Assembly: GCA_046756245.1 (NCBI GenBank)
Contig: JBHHVZ010000002.1
Location: forward strand, 8,256 to 72,255
Reading direction: 5' to 3'
DNA: 64,000 nucleotides
Source of the DNA: Parvularculaceae bacterium
Lineage (GTDB): Bacteria > Pseudomonadota > Alphaproteobacteria > Caulobacterales > Parvularculaceae
Shown here piece after piece: positions 30,995 through 39,078 of this stretch (position 1 is the stretch's first letter; every line of letters starts with the position of its first letter). The translations under genes were made by a program, and so were the position numbers. The notes under the pieces are model-generated. The model saw only the letters and a list, made by a program, of their open reading frames with translations. It was not told the DNA's origin and did not search any database.

Positions 30995-31161
30995 CTAGTG
31001 GAGCGAATTTGACATTCGATCCCTGCTTGCAGCCGGTCTCGTATCGAATGTCAAATTCAAAAGCTCCACTAGAATCAAATAACTACTAGTGGTCCTTATG
31101 ATTCCGACATTTGCTCTCGGACTCGCTGCGCGGGGGATGCAAATGTCGGAATCGGACCACT
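30995..31161. repeat. Tandem pair of related long hairpins, each based on CTAGTGG...CCACT(A)G
   Basis: Hairpin 1: 30995..31072 (CTAGTGGAGC-AATTTGACATTCGAT / ATCGAATGTCAAATT-GCTCCACTAG). Hairpin 2: 31086..31161 (AGTGGTCC-ATTCCGACATTTGC / GCAAATGTCGGAAT-GGACCACT). Confidence 0.8.
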
Positions 31162-31294
31162 CGCGCAATCACAATTGCGTGCGGCTTAAAATTGTCACTA
31201 TCCCGTCTATAATCAGGCGACAGCCGGGCGTATTTCGTTCGGGCGAAAGATGACCGGCCGAGAAATTTCGTACGCGTCCACGAGGTAGACCATC

Positions 31295-31807
31295 ATGAAT
31301 CTGCAATTCAATATCGCGCTCGCCGTCTTCTCCTCGGCCTTGCTCGGGGCGGGCCCGGCGGCGTCAAAAGACACGGTCGACGACAGCGCCGCAACGGCGG
31401 CGAAGTTTGAGTTCGACCATGTGAGCTGCAAGGGCGCGCCGAATGAAATCCGCATCGTCGTCAATCACATCAAGAAGAGCGTCGGGCTGATCACCGCCGA
31501 CCTTTATCGCAACGACGACGAATCTTTCCTGCACAAGGCGGGACGTCAGGTGCGCGTGCGTTTCGCCGCGCGGGCGCCGCTGACGCGGTTTTGCATGACG
31601 GCGCCGGAGGCCGGCGAATACGCAATCGCTATTTATCACGACAAAAACGCCAACAAAAAACTCGACAAGGGCGCGTTCGGCATTCCGTCCGAACCTTGGG
31701 GACTTTCCAGAAATCCCAGGATCAGGCTGCGCAAACCGCGTGTGGAAGAAGCGCTGATCAAGGTCGCGCCTGAAGGGTCGAAAGTGGAGATTTCGCTTAA
31801 TAACTAA
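31295..31807 (+). CDS. Secreted DUF2141-family protein
   Basis: Signal peptide MNLQFNIALAVFSSALLGAGPAAS and YAIAIYHDKNANKKLDKGAFGIPSEPWGLS, characteristic of DUF2141. Confidence 0.8.
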   Translation: MNLQFNIALAVFSSALLGAGPAASKDTVDDSAATAAKFEFDHVSCKGAPNEIRIVVNHIKKSVGLITADLYRNDDESFLHKAGRQVRVRFAARAPLTRFCMTAPEAGEYAIAIYHDKNANKKLDKGAFGIPSEPWGLSRNPRIRLRKPRVEEALIKVAPEGSKVEISLNN

Positions 31808-31845
31808 TATACCGCGACGACGCGCCGCGTGATAAGAACGGCGCC

Positions 31846-33012
31846 ATGACCGTGCAAACCGAAGCCGCCGCCCCCGCCCGCGTAAAGATACAACCCGTTG
31901 CGACGCGCGCTGACCGGCGCGTGTTCATTCGCGCCGTCGCGCCGATCTATGCTGACGATCCCGCCTGGATCGCGCCGCTGGAATTCGAGCTCGGCCAGCG
32001 GCTCGACGCCGCCAAAAACCCTGCGCTGACAGGCGCGCCGCACCAGTTGTGGATCGCCTGGCGCGAAGGACGGCCGGTCGGACGCGTCGCGGCGATCGTT
32101 AACCCGCTTCATCTCGAACGTTATGACGATGCGACGGGCCATTTCGGTTTTCTTGAATCGATCGACGACGCAGACGTTTTCCAGGCGCTGATCGAAACCG
32201 CGGAGGGGTGGCTAAAAGACCGCGGCATGAAAAGAATCGCCGGGCCCTACAATTTTTCCGTCAACGAAGAATGCGGAATGTTGATTGACGGTTTTGACAC
32301 GCCGCCCTTCATCATGATGCCGCACGGGCGGCCTTATTATCAGGCGCATATAGAAGCGCTTGGATACGCCAAGGCGCAGGACATGTATGCGCTCGCCTAC
32401 GACCCTGTCCGCAATTTCATCCCGGAGCGCCGAAAACGATTTGTGGAAAAGATTTTGTCGAATCCGAAAGTTCGCATTCGAACCCTCGACATGAAGAATT
32501 TCACCGATGATCTGAAGACGGCGATCGACATTTATAACGACGCCTGGTCGGAGAACTGGGGCTTTATTCCGTTTACGGATGCGCAGGCCGAACATATGGC
32601 GGGCGAACTGCGCCCGATCATTTCGCCGGAAAACTTCGTTCTCTGCTACTTCGAAGACAAGCCGGCCGCGTTCGGCATTGTCCTGCCCGACATCAACGAG
32701 GCGATTGCGGATTTCGGCGGGAAACTGCTGCCGTTCAACTGGGCGCGGCTTTTATGGCGGCTCAAGGTCAGCGGCGTTAAATCGGCGCGCATGCCATTGA
32801 TGGGCGTACGCCGCAAACTTCACGCCAAACCCGTCGGCGCGGCCTTCGCCTACAAGATTATCGACATGGTGAACGATTATAATATCGACCGCGGCGTCGT
32901 TCGCACCGAGCTTTCATGGATTCTAGAATCGAACACCTCGATGGTGAACATGCTCACTGAAATGGGCGGGCGGATTTACAAGACCTACCGGATTTATGAG
33001 AAGGGGTTGTAA
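31846..33012 (+). CDS. GNAT-like acyltransferase-fold protein (candidate bacterial ceramide synthase; unverified)
   Basis: 388 aa. The N-terminus (IQPVATRADRRVFIRAVAPIYADDPAWIAPLEFE) is typical of a widespread GNAT-related family. The assignment rests on position next to the spt cluster. Confidence 0.55.
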   Translation: MTVQTEAAAPARVKIQPVATRADRRVFIRAVAPIYADDPAWIAPLEFELGQRLDAAKNPALTGAPHQLWIAWREGRPVGRVAAIVNPLHLERYDDATGHFGFLESIDDADVFQALIETAEGWLKDRGMKRIAGPYNFSVNEECGMLIDGFDTPPFIMMPHGRPYYQAHIEALGYAKAQDMYALAYDPVRNFIPERRKRFVEKILSNPKVRIRTLDMKNFTDDLKTAIDIYNDAWSENWGFIPFTDAQAEHMAGELRPIISPENFVLCYFEDKPAAFGIVLPDINEAIADFGGKLLPFNWARLLWRLKVSGVKSARMPLMGVRRKLHAKPVGAAFAYKIIDMVNDYNIDRGVVRTELSWILESNTSMVNMLTEMGGRIYKTYRIYEKGL

Positions 33013-33024
33013 TCTTTCCGCCCC

Positions 33025-34497
33025 CTACCGCAGGAACGGTTCGTCGAAGCTTCTGAGTTTGCGCGAATGCAGCGTGCCTGCTTTGGCTTCTTCGCGCAAA
33101 AGTTCGATAGCGCGGACGCCGATTTCGAGATGCTGGCTGATGCGCTCCTGATAGAATGCGTCCGCCATTCCGGGCAGCTTGATCTCGCCGTGCAGCGGCC
33201 GGTCTGAAACGCATAAGAGCGTGCCGTAAGGCACCCGGTAACGATAACCGTTCGCCGCAATCGTCGCCGATTCCATATCGATGGCGATGGCGCGCGCCTG
33301 ATTGAGCCGCACCGCGCTTTGTTCGAAGCTAAGCTCCCAATTGCGGTCGCCGGAGGTCACGACCGTGCCGGTGCGCAAATGTTCCTTCAGTTTCGTTTCC
33401 TCGCTGCCGCTCACTTCCCGCACCGCGCGGGTCATTGCGAGTTGAACTTCGGCGATGGTCGGCAGCGGCACCGACGGCGGCAGCACGTCGTCAAGCACGC
33501 AGTCTTCGCGCAAATAAGCGTGCGCGAGCACATAGTCGCCGAGCCGCTGCGAACGCCTTAAGCCGCCGCAATGGCCGATCATCAGCCAGACATGCGGGCG
33601 CAGCACCGCCAGGTGATCGGTGATGGTCTTGGCGTTCGATGGGCCGACGCCGATATTAACAAGCGTCACGCCCTGTTTGCCCGGCTGGGTCAGGTGATAG
33701 GCGGGCATCTGCGGAAGCTTCGGCAGTTCAGGCTCTTCCGGCGGCGCGCCCCTGCTCCAGACCCGGTCGCCCGGCTCAATGAGCGTCGCGGCGCGGCCTG
33801 CTTCGACTTCGCCCTTGGCGTAATCGACGAATTCATCGACATAGCGCTGGTAGTTCGTAAACAGAATGAATTGTTGATAATGCTCCGGCTTCGTCGCGGT
33901 ATAATGTTGAATGCGGTGCAGGGAATAATCGATCCGCTCGGCGGTAAAAAGCGACAGCGGCAGATGGCCCGTGCGCTTCAGGATCATCTGGCCGTCGACG
34001 ATGTCGTCGTTCGTGGCGACCAGATTGGGCATGTGAAAATAATATTGCAGGTCGGCGCGCTTTTGCGGCGTCAGCGCGGCTGTCGCTTTTTCAAGCGCAA
34101 AGGAGAGCGGAATCGGCGTGCGCGAGCGGCCGACATAGATCTTGGCGTCGAACCGATCCATCACGCGCTTGAGCTGAGAATGAAGATAATCGGAGAAAAG
34201 ATCCGGACGCGTGATCGTCGCGCCCTGTATGCTGGTGTCGGCGACGCGCCCGAGCGCAAGCTTGCTGGTTTGCGTGGCGCGTTCGGGCGGCACGATCGCG
34301 CAAAGATAGGGATAGACCGGCGCGCCTTCCGCGCCGCGCGACAGCTTGCCCGCGATATAGCGTTCGAACCGCTCCTCCACCGCCGTCAGCGCTTCGTCAT
34401 AAAGCTCGATCAAGAGGCCGACGGCTTTTTCCGGCGTTTCGCAAGCGACAAGATCGTCGGCCGGCGCATCATTGACGGGGACATGCGGCATAAGCAT
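33025..34497 (-). CDS. amn: AMP nucleosidase
   Basis: About 490 aa with an N-terminal regulatory domain and a PNP/UDP-type catalytic domain (MIGHCGGLR, AIDMESATIAA). Confidence 0.9.
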   Translation of the reverse strand: MLMPHVPVNDAPADDLVACETPEKAVGLLIELYDEALTAVEERFERYIAGKLSRGAEGAPVYPYLCAIVPPERATQTSKLALGRVADTSIQGATITRPDLFSDYLHSQLKRVMDRFDAKIYVGRSRTPIPLSFALEKATAALTPQKRADLQYYFHMPNLVATNDDIVDGQMILKRTGHLPLSLFTAERIDYSLHRIQHYTATKPEHYQQFILFTNYQRYVDEFVDYAKGEVEAGRAATLIEPGDRVWSRGAPPEEPELPKLPQMPAYHLTQPGKQGVTLVNIGVGPSNAKTITDHLAVLRPHVWLMIGHCGGLRRSQRLGDYVLAHAYLREDCVLDDVLPPSVPLPTIAEVQLAMTRAVREVSGSEETKLKEHLRTGTVVTSGDRNWELSFEQSAVRLNQARAIAIDMESATIAANGYRYRVPYGTLLCVSDRPLHGEIKLPGMADAFYQERISQHLEIGVRAIELLREEAKAGTLHSRKLRSFDEPFLR

Positions 34498-34591
34498 CCT
34501 TTTTCAGCAGTTAACCGGAGAGCATACACCGTTTCCGCCGGCGAACGCCAGCGCACCGGCGGCGCCGGCTTCGCATAAAAACAGCTTCAGA

Positions 34592-34807
34592 TTAAAGCTT
34601 AGCGGCTTCCGCGTCGGAAAGCGGGCGCGCTTCTTCGGGCAACATGATCGGAATGCCGTCGCGGATGGGATAGGCGAGACGCGCTTCCTTGCTCAACAGT
34701 TCGCCGCGCTCACGATCATAGACAAGCGGGCCTTTAGTCTGCGGGCAAACGAGAATCTCTAAAAGCTTCGGATCGGCTTCCGCCGGCTCTTCTTCTTCAG
34801 TCGTCAT
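34592..34807 (-). CDS. Trm112-family (UPF0434) small protein
   Basis: [16 protein letters not shown]...[16 protein letters not shown]. Start trimmed to ATG 34807. Confidence 0.85.
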   Translation of the reverse strand: MTTEEEEPAEADPKLLEILVCPQTKGPLVYDRERGELLSKEARLAYPIRDGIPIMLPEEARPLSDAEAAKL

Positions 34808-34839
34808 AATCGCCTCGTTTTGCATAAACGCACATTCGT

Positions 34840-35505
34840 TTATTGCAGAGTTGAGTTTTCGTCGCCGCCTTCGCCGGCGCCCGACATTTCCATCAATGTC
34901 GTGAGGCATTCGGCCCGGTCAAGAGTTGTTTCAGCCTCGAGCAGCGCCTGTTTTTCATTCGGCGCGAACGGGCAGCCCATGGCCAGCGAGCCCACGAGCG
35001 CCTCGGTCGGCGCCTCTTTCACCGAATCCCAGTCGGTTTTTAATCCTTCAGCGTCGAGATAGCGGCGCATGGCGTGCAACAGCCGTTCGCGGTCGACGAA
35101 TTCGGCCGACGCGTCGGGCGCGCCGTCGGAGGCGAAAGCGCTCCAGTCGACGCGCGCCTGACGATAGGGCGCATCCGTTTCAAGTTCGTCGACAATGCGG
35201 AACCGTCGAATCCCTGTCAGGGTGATGAGATAGCGCCCGTCGTCTGTTTCCGAAAACGCTGTGATCCTGCCCGCGCCGCCGACGGCGTAAAGCGGCGGCG
35301 ACGGTCCCCCGGCCTGATTGCGCGGCTGGACCATGCCGATGACGCGCGCGCCGCCGAGCGCGTCGTCGATCATCCTGAGATAACGCGGTTCGAAAATGTT
35401 GAGCGGCAATTGTCCGCCCGGCAACAGCATCGCGCCGGACAGCGGAAACACCGGGATCGTGTGCGGCGGGCTTCGCCCGCGAGGGCTGGGGGTTGGTTCG
35501 TTCAT
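34840..35505 (-). CDS. LON substrate-binding (Lon N-terminal) domain protein
   Basis: [29 protein letters not shown] and a length of about 220 aa. Confidence 0.85.
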   Translation of the reverse strand: MNEPTPSPRGRSPPHTIPVFPLSGAMLLPGGQLPLNIFEPRYLRMIDDALGGARVIGMVQPRNQAGGPSPPLYAVGGAGRITAFSETDDGRYLITLTGIRRFRIVDELETDAPYRQARVDWSAFASDGAPDASAEFVDRERLLHAMRRYLDAEGLKTDWDSVKEAPTEALVGSLAMGCPFAPNEKQALLEAETTLDRAECLTTLMEMSGAGEGGDENSTLQ

Positions 35506-35542
35506 CGCCTCACTGTGCGTCGGCGGAAATTTCGTTTGCCCG

Positions 35543-36466
35543 TCAGGAGAACAATATCGACGAAAGGCGGCGCCGGCCTTTCGCCGTCAAGGGATGCGCG
35601 CCGCCAAGCGCGTCAAACACCGTCAGAAGTTTTTTTCGCGCCGCCTGTTCGTTCCAGTCCCGGTCGCGTTCAACCGCCGCCAGCAGTTCGTCGACGGCGG
35701 CCTCCATGTCGCCGGCGGCGATCAACGCGCAGGCGAGATCGTAGCGCGCCTGCAAATCGGCCGGATTTTCGGCTGCCTTTAGCCGAAGGGCATGGGCGTC
35801 GCCGGCCTTGCTTTCTTCTTCGGCCAGCGCAAGGCCGGCCTTGACGCTGACAAGGGCTGGGTCGTTTTCTTTGTCCTCCGGCACGCTGTTGAGGATTTGC
35901 CGCGCCTGTTCGATGTCGCCGAGCGCCAGACGGCAGCGCGCCAGCCCGGCGGTCGCGCGAACGTCGGCGGAATCGATCTGACCGGCCTCTGCATAGAGTT
36001 GGGCGGCGCCGGCGACGTCGTCTTCATTGAAGGCCGCATCGGCGGCGGCGAGAAAATCCTCAAGCCCGCCCTTCGGGGCGGCGTCCCGCTCTGGCTTTAG
36101 CTTCTGAAGACGTCCGATGAACGTTTTGATTTCGCTTTCCGGCACGGCGCCCATAAAGCCGTCCACCGGCCGGCCCTGAAAAAAGGCGTAAACCGTTGGG
36201 ATCGACTGGATGCGCAGTTGCGTGGCCAGCATCTGGTTCTTGTCGATATCGATCTTGACCAGCTTGACGGCGCCGTTCGCCGCGCGCACGGCCTTTTCGA
36301 GCATGGGCGCAAGCTGCTTGCACGGCCCGCACCACTCCGCCCAGAAGTCGACGATCACCGGCGTCGTCATCGAGGCCTCGAGCACGTCCTGCTCGAATGT
36401 CTCAACATTGACGTCCTTGACGAAGCCGTCAGGGCCGTCGCCTTTTGCGCCCAGAAGCTCGCTCAT
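35543..36466 (-). CDS. Thioredoxin-domain/TPR co-chaperone (YbbN/CnoX-like)
   Basis: VDFWAEWCGPCK followed by TPR-like helical repeats. Confidence 0.88.
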   Translation of the reverse strand: MSELLGAKGDGPDGFVKDVNVETFEQDVLEASMTTPVIVDFWAEWCGPCKQLAPMLEKAVRAANGAVKLVKIDIDKNQMLATQLRIQSIPTVYAFFQGRPVDGFMGAVPESEIKTFIGRLQKLKPERDAAPKGGLEDFLAAADAAFNEDDVAGAAQLYAEAGQIDSADVRATAGLARCRLALGDIEQARQILNSVPEDKENDPALVSVKAGLALAEEESKAGDAHALRLKAAENPADLQARYDLACALIAAGDMEAAVDELLAAVERDRDWNEQAARKKLLTVFDALGGAHPLTAKGRRRLSSILFS

Positions 36467-36524
36467 AGGGGTCTCCGGAATTCCGTCCCTCTAAATGAGG
36501 CTGCACGGCGGGAAACGCAACCGC

Positions 36525-37055
36525 CTAGCCGCTTTCCGCAGCGCCAGCCGGCGCGGCGAGGTCCAGAATCAGCGGTTCGTGCCCGCAATGGCGCATGAAT
36601 TTGAGCAGGTCCGCCGGCGAAACTGCTGTCGAGGCGGTGTTTTCGAGCGGGTGAAACCAGACCGGATCGTGCGCCAGCAGCGCTTCGTCGACGATGACCA
36701 TGGCGAGCCCGCCGGCGGTCTCATTCATCAGCGCAAACGGCGTCACCGCGCCAGGGATGACCCCGAGCGTTTCGGTCATGAGCTCCGGCTTGCCAAAGGA
36801 AAGCCGCCCCTTCGCCCCGACCGCCTTGCCGAGCCCGACGAGATCGACCCGCGTTTCCGCGTGGGCGACGGCGAGGAAAAGCGCGCCTTTCTTGTCTTTC
36901 AGGAACAGGTTTTTCGTGTGCCCGCCCGGCAGGTCGGCCTTGAGCGCCCGGCTTTCTTCGACCGTGAAAACGGCTTCATGCGCGACCGTTTCAGGAGCGA
37001 TTCCAAGACTGTCGAGCAGCGAAAACAGATCGGCGCGTGTTGCGGGCTCGGGCAT
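36525..37055 (-). CDS. YbaK/ProX-type aminoacyl-tRNA deacylase
   Basis: MPEPATRADLFSLLDSLGI...TVEES...GGHTKNLFLKDKKG...GAVTPF. Start chosen at ATG 37055. ATG 37091 and TTG 37097 are alternatives. Confidence 0.8.
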   Translation of the reverse strand: MPEPATRADLFSLLDSLGIAPETVAHEAVFTVEESRALKADLPGGHTKNLFLKDKKGALFLAVAHAETRVDLVGLGKAVGAKGRLSFGKPELMTETLGVIPGAVTPFALMNETAGGLAMVIVDEALLAHDPVWFHPLENTASTAVSPADLLKFMRHCGHEPLILDLAAPAGAAESG

Positions 37056-37205
37056 GGGGGAATGGGAAATGACAGATCTCAACTCACTCATCCCCAATCC
37101 CTAACCCCTAATCCCTCCTCTTGCAAAGCGACGGACGCTAAGGCATATAGCGAAACCCGTCGCAGGATCCGGTCTTCAAAGGCGGCTCCGCATTGACGCC
37201 TTCGA

Positions 37206-37280
37206 GCGGGCGTAGCTCAGGGGTAGAGCGCAACCTTGCCAAGGTTGAAGTCGTGAGTTCGAATCTCATCGCCCGCTCCA
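37206..37280 (+). tRNA. tRNA-Gly (anticodon GCC), CCA encoded
   Basis: Acceptor stem GCGGGCG/CGCCCGC, D-loop AGCTCAGGGGTAGAGC, anticodon stem-loop CAACC-TTGCCAA-GGTTG, T-arm GTGAGTTCGAATCTCAT. Confidence 0.95.
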
Positions 37281-37307
37281 GTTTTTCAAAAGCGCCAACA
37301 TAAAAAA

Positions 37308-37596
37308 GCGGGGATAGTTATCCGACCCTTTTGGGGCGGTCTTATGCTGGCGGGATGAATGTTTCCGCCCCATTTGATTGCGCTTTCGGGCGCATCGCGG
37401 CCAGCCGCTGCTCAACGCGCTTCGGCCCGCGCCTCAAGGCGCGAGACCGGAGGGCGCGCGTTCCCCCGATGTTCGAAAATGGACAAAATGGACCCTTTGG
37501 CCCGGAACGCGGCAAAAATAGCGGGATTCAGAATTTTCGTTTTTGCGCGAAGGAGACAAAAGAGACCTTTTCGGCCGAACGCTTCGCAAACCGGCG
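37308..37596 (+). repeat. Copy A of a ~300-bp mosaic repeat (unclassified)
   Basis: Shares identical blocks with the reverse complement of 47687..47987. Examples: GGGATAGTTATCCGACCCTT, TTGCGCTTTCGGGCGCA, AAATGGACAAAATGGACCCTTTGGC, AGGAGACAAAAGAGACCTTTT. Confidence 0.8.
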
Positions 37597-37655
37597 CGCA
37601 ACATCGTATAAGCCCGCGCATGCCGGTGGAGTAAAATGCAAGGGGTAAACGAGCC

Positions 37656-37820
37656 ATGATTGAAATATCCATTCTTGTCGCCGGGGCCGGCGGGCGCATG
37701 GGCCGGGCGGTGATCACCGAGGTTCTCGCCGCCCGCGGCGCGACGCTGGCGGGCCGGTTCGAGCGACCGGGCAGCGATGCGGTCGGGGCCGCCAAGTTGG
37801 CTTTTACGGCGCGTCTATGA
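37656..37820 (+). pseudogene. dapB: Orphaned 5' fragment of dapB (first ~45 codons, then unrelated sequence and a stop)
   Basis: 37653..37791 is near-identical (3 mismatches by eye) to 39076..39214, the start of intact dapB. Reads MIEISILVAGAGGRMGRAVITEVLAARGATLAGRFERPGSDAVG, then diverges. Confidence 0.85.
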
Positions 37821-37956
37821 TCATAACTAAATTATTGAACTTAAAGGGATTTCCACCATTTTAAAAACCTATTTCGAAAATCGAATTCGAAAATCGAAAA
37901 TTAACGCCGGCAATAGCCCTCTGTTAAGTTATTGCAAATTATAACTTTTCCACTAA

Positions 37957-37968
37957 TTTCACGTGAAA
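37957..37968. promoter_or_regulatory. Perfect 12-bp palindrome TTTCACGTGAAA covering the putative GTG start of the nucleotidyltransferase-fold ORF
   Basis: Self-complementary by inspection. It is nested in a 9-bp inverted repeat, TTTTCCACT (37946-37954) / AGTGGAAAA (37978-37986). Confidence 0.4.
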
Positions 37969-39039
37969 CAGGCAGAAAGTGGAAAACGTTTGAATTTAAG
38001 CGAGTTATCAGAAGAGCAGCGGCGCCAGCTTATTGACGCGCAGCAGGTGTATGGGGCCTGGCGCGAGGCGGCGGATGAAAAGCGCCGACGGTTCACGGGC
38101 GGTGTGCGATGGGCGGCGCGTGGCGGGAAGGACTATCTCCTACGAAAGACCGGACAGTCGGAACGCTCGCTTGGCGCGCGCAACCCTGAAACGGAAAGGA
38201 CGTATGCGGCCTTTATCAGGGGTCGGTCGGAAAATCAGGAAAGGCTGAAAAGTCTAGCGCGCCGTCTAGATGAAATGGCGCCGGTCAACCGCGCTATGGG
38301 CCTCAGTCGAATGCCGGTTATCGCCGCGCGGGTGGTGCGACGACTCGATGAAAAGGGATTGGTCGGCGAACAGCTTATCATTGTAGGGACGAATGCGTTA
38401 TATGCGTATGAGGCGCTGGCCGGCGTCCGGGTCGAAAGCGGCCTTGTCGCAACGGGCGATCTCGACTTGCTTTACGATGCGCGCCGCCGATTGCGATTCG
38501 TCGTTCGTGATGAAATAAACAAGTCTGGACTGATCGGCCTGCTTAAGTCCGTGGATAGCTCCTTTGCTTCACGGTCGCGCGATTTTCGGGCGATAAACAA
38601 AGACGGATATCTTGTCGACCTTATCCGCCCTCAAGACCGTTGCGTTTTGATCGACGATGCGCCCGCGACGCTTTCGGAGAATCCGGAGGACATGGAAGGC
38701 GCGCCGATCGAGGGCCTCGCCTGGCTCGTCAACGCGCCGAAGGTTTATGCAATTGTGATCGACGCGCGCGGCTATCCGCTGCGCGTAGCGGCGGTCGACC
38801 CACGTGTCTTTGCGCTTCACAAGCTTTGGCTGTCAAAACGGGCAGACCGGAGCACGGTCAAGGCTCGTCGCGATTTCGAACAGGCGCGGATTGCTGCCGA
38901 GATCGCAAAGCAGTATTTGCGGTTGTCTTTTGACGAGCCGGATATAGCAGCCCTGCCTGCGACGTTGCGCGAGCAGGCAAATACGGTGTTCAATAGAAAA
39001 AAGAATGGGCGTGAAGACAGCGATGCGCCCGATTGGTGA
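37963..39039 (+). CDS. Pol-beta-superfamily nucleotidyltransferase-fold protein (solo; possibly toxin/defence-type)
   Basis: IIVGTNALYAYEA...VATGDLDLLYD...GYLVDLIRP fits the hG[GST]...DxD...D catalytic pattern. 358 aa, preceded by an AT-rich leader. GTG start with no clear SD. Confidence 0.7.
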   Translation: MKQAESGKRLNLSELSEEQRRQLIDAQQVYGAWREAADEKRRRFTGGVRWAARGGKDYLLRKTGQSERSLGARNPETERTYAAFIRGRSENQERLKSLARRLDEMAPVNRAMGLSRMPVIAARVVRRLDEKGLVGEQLIIVGTNALYAYEALAGVRVESGLVATGDLDLLYDARRRLRFVVRDEINKSGLIGLLKSVDSSFASRSRDFRAINKDGYLVDLIRPQDRCVLIDDAPATLSENPEDMEGAPIEGLAWLVNAPKVYAIVIDARGYPLRVAAVDPRVFALHKLWLSKRADRSTVKARRDFEQARIAAEIAKQYLRLSFDEPDIAALPATLREQANTVFNRKKNGREDSDAPDW

Positions 39040-39078
39040 AACCACTGAAATCGGCAATGCGAAAACGGCCCTGAAGCC

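Noticed and set aside
30995-31161. Checked whether the repeated hairpins here, or the REP copies, could be a CRISPR array.
   Set aside because: There are only two units here, they are not identical, and they lack regular repeat-spacer periodicity. REP copies are kilobases apart. No cas genes are present.
33571-34578. 335-aa plus-strand ORF.
   Set aside because: It lies antisense to amn and has no recognisable motifs.
37331-37648. 105-aa ORF through mosaic repeat copy A, with partly similar peptide blocks in copy B (GQNGPFG, KETKETF, AERFANRR).
   Set aside because: Conservation is in perfect nucleotide blocks rather than at synonymous-site-tolerant positions. Copy B lacks a stop and runs into ftsK antisense. 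The sequence looks like GC-frame noise. I treat it as non-coding, but the frame is preserved between copies, so a small protein is not fully excluded.
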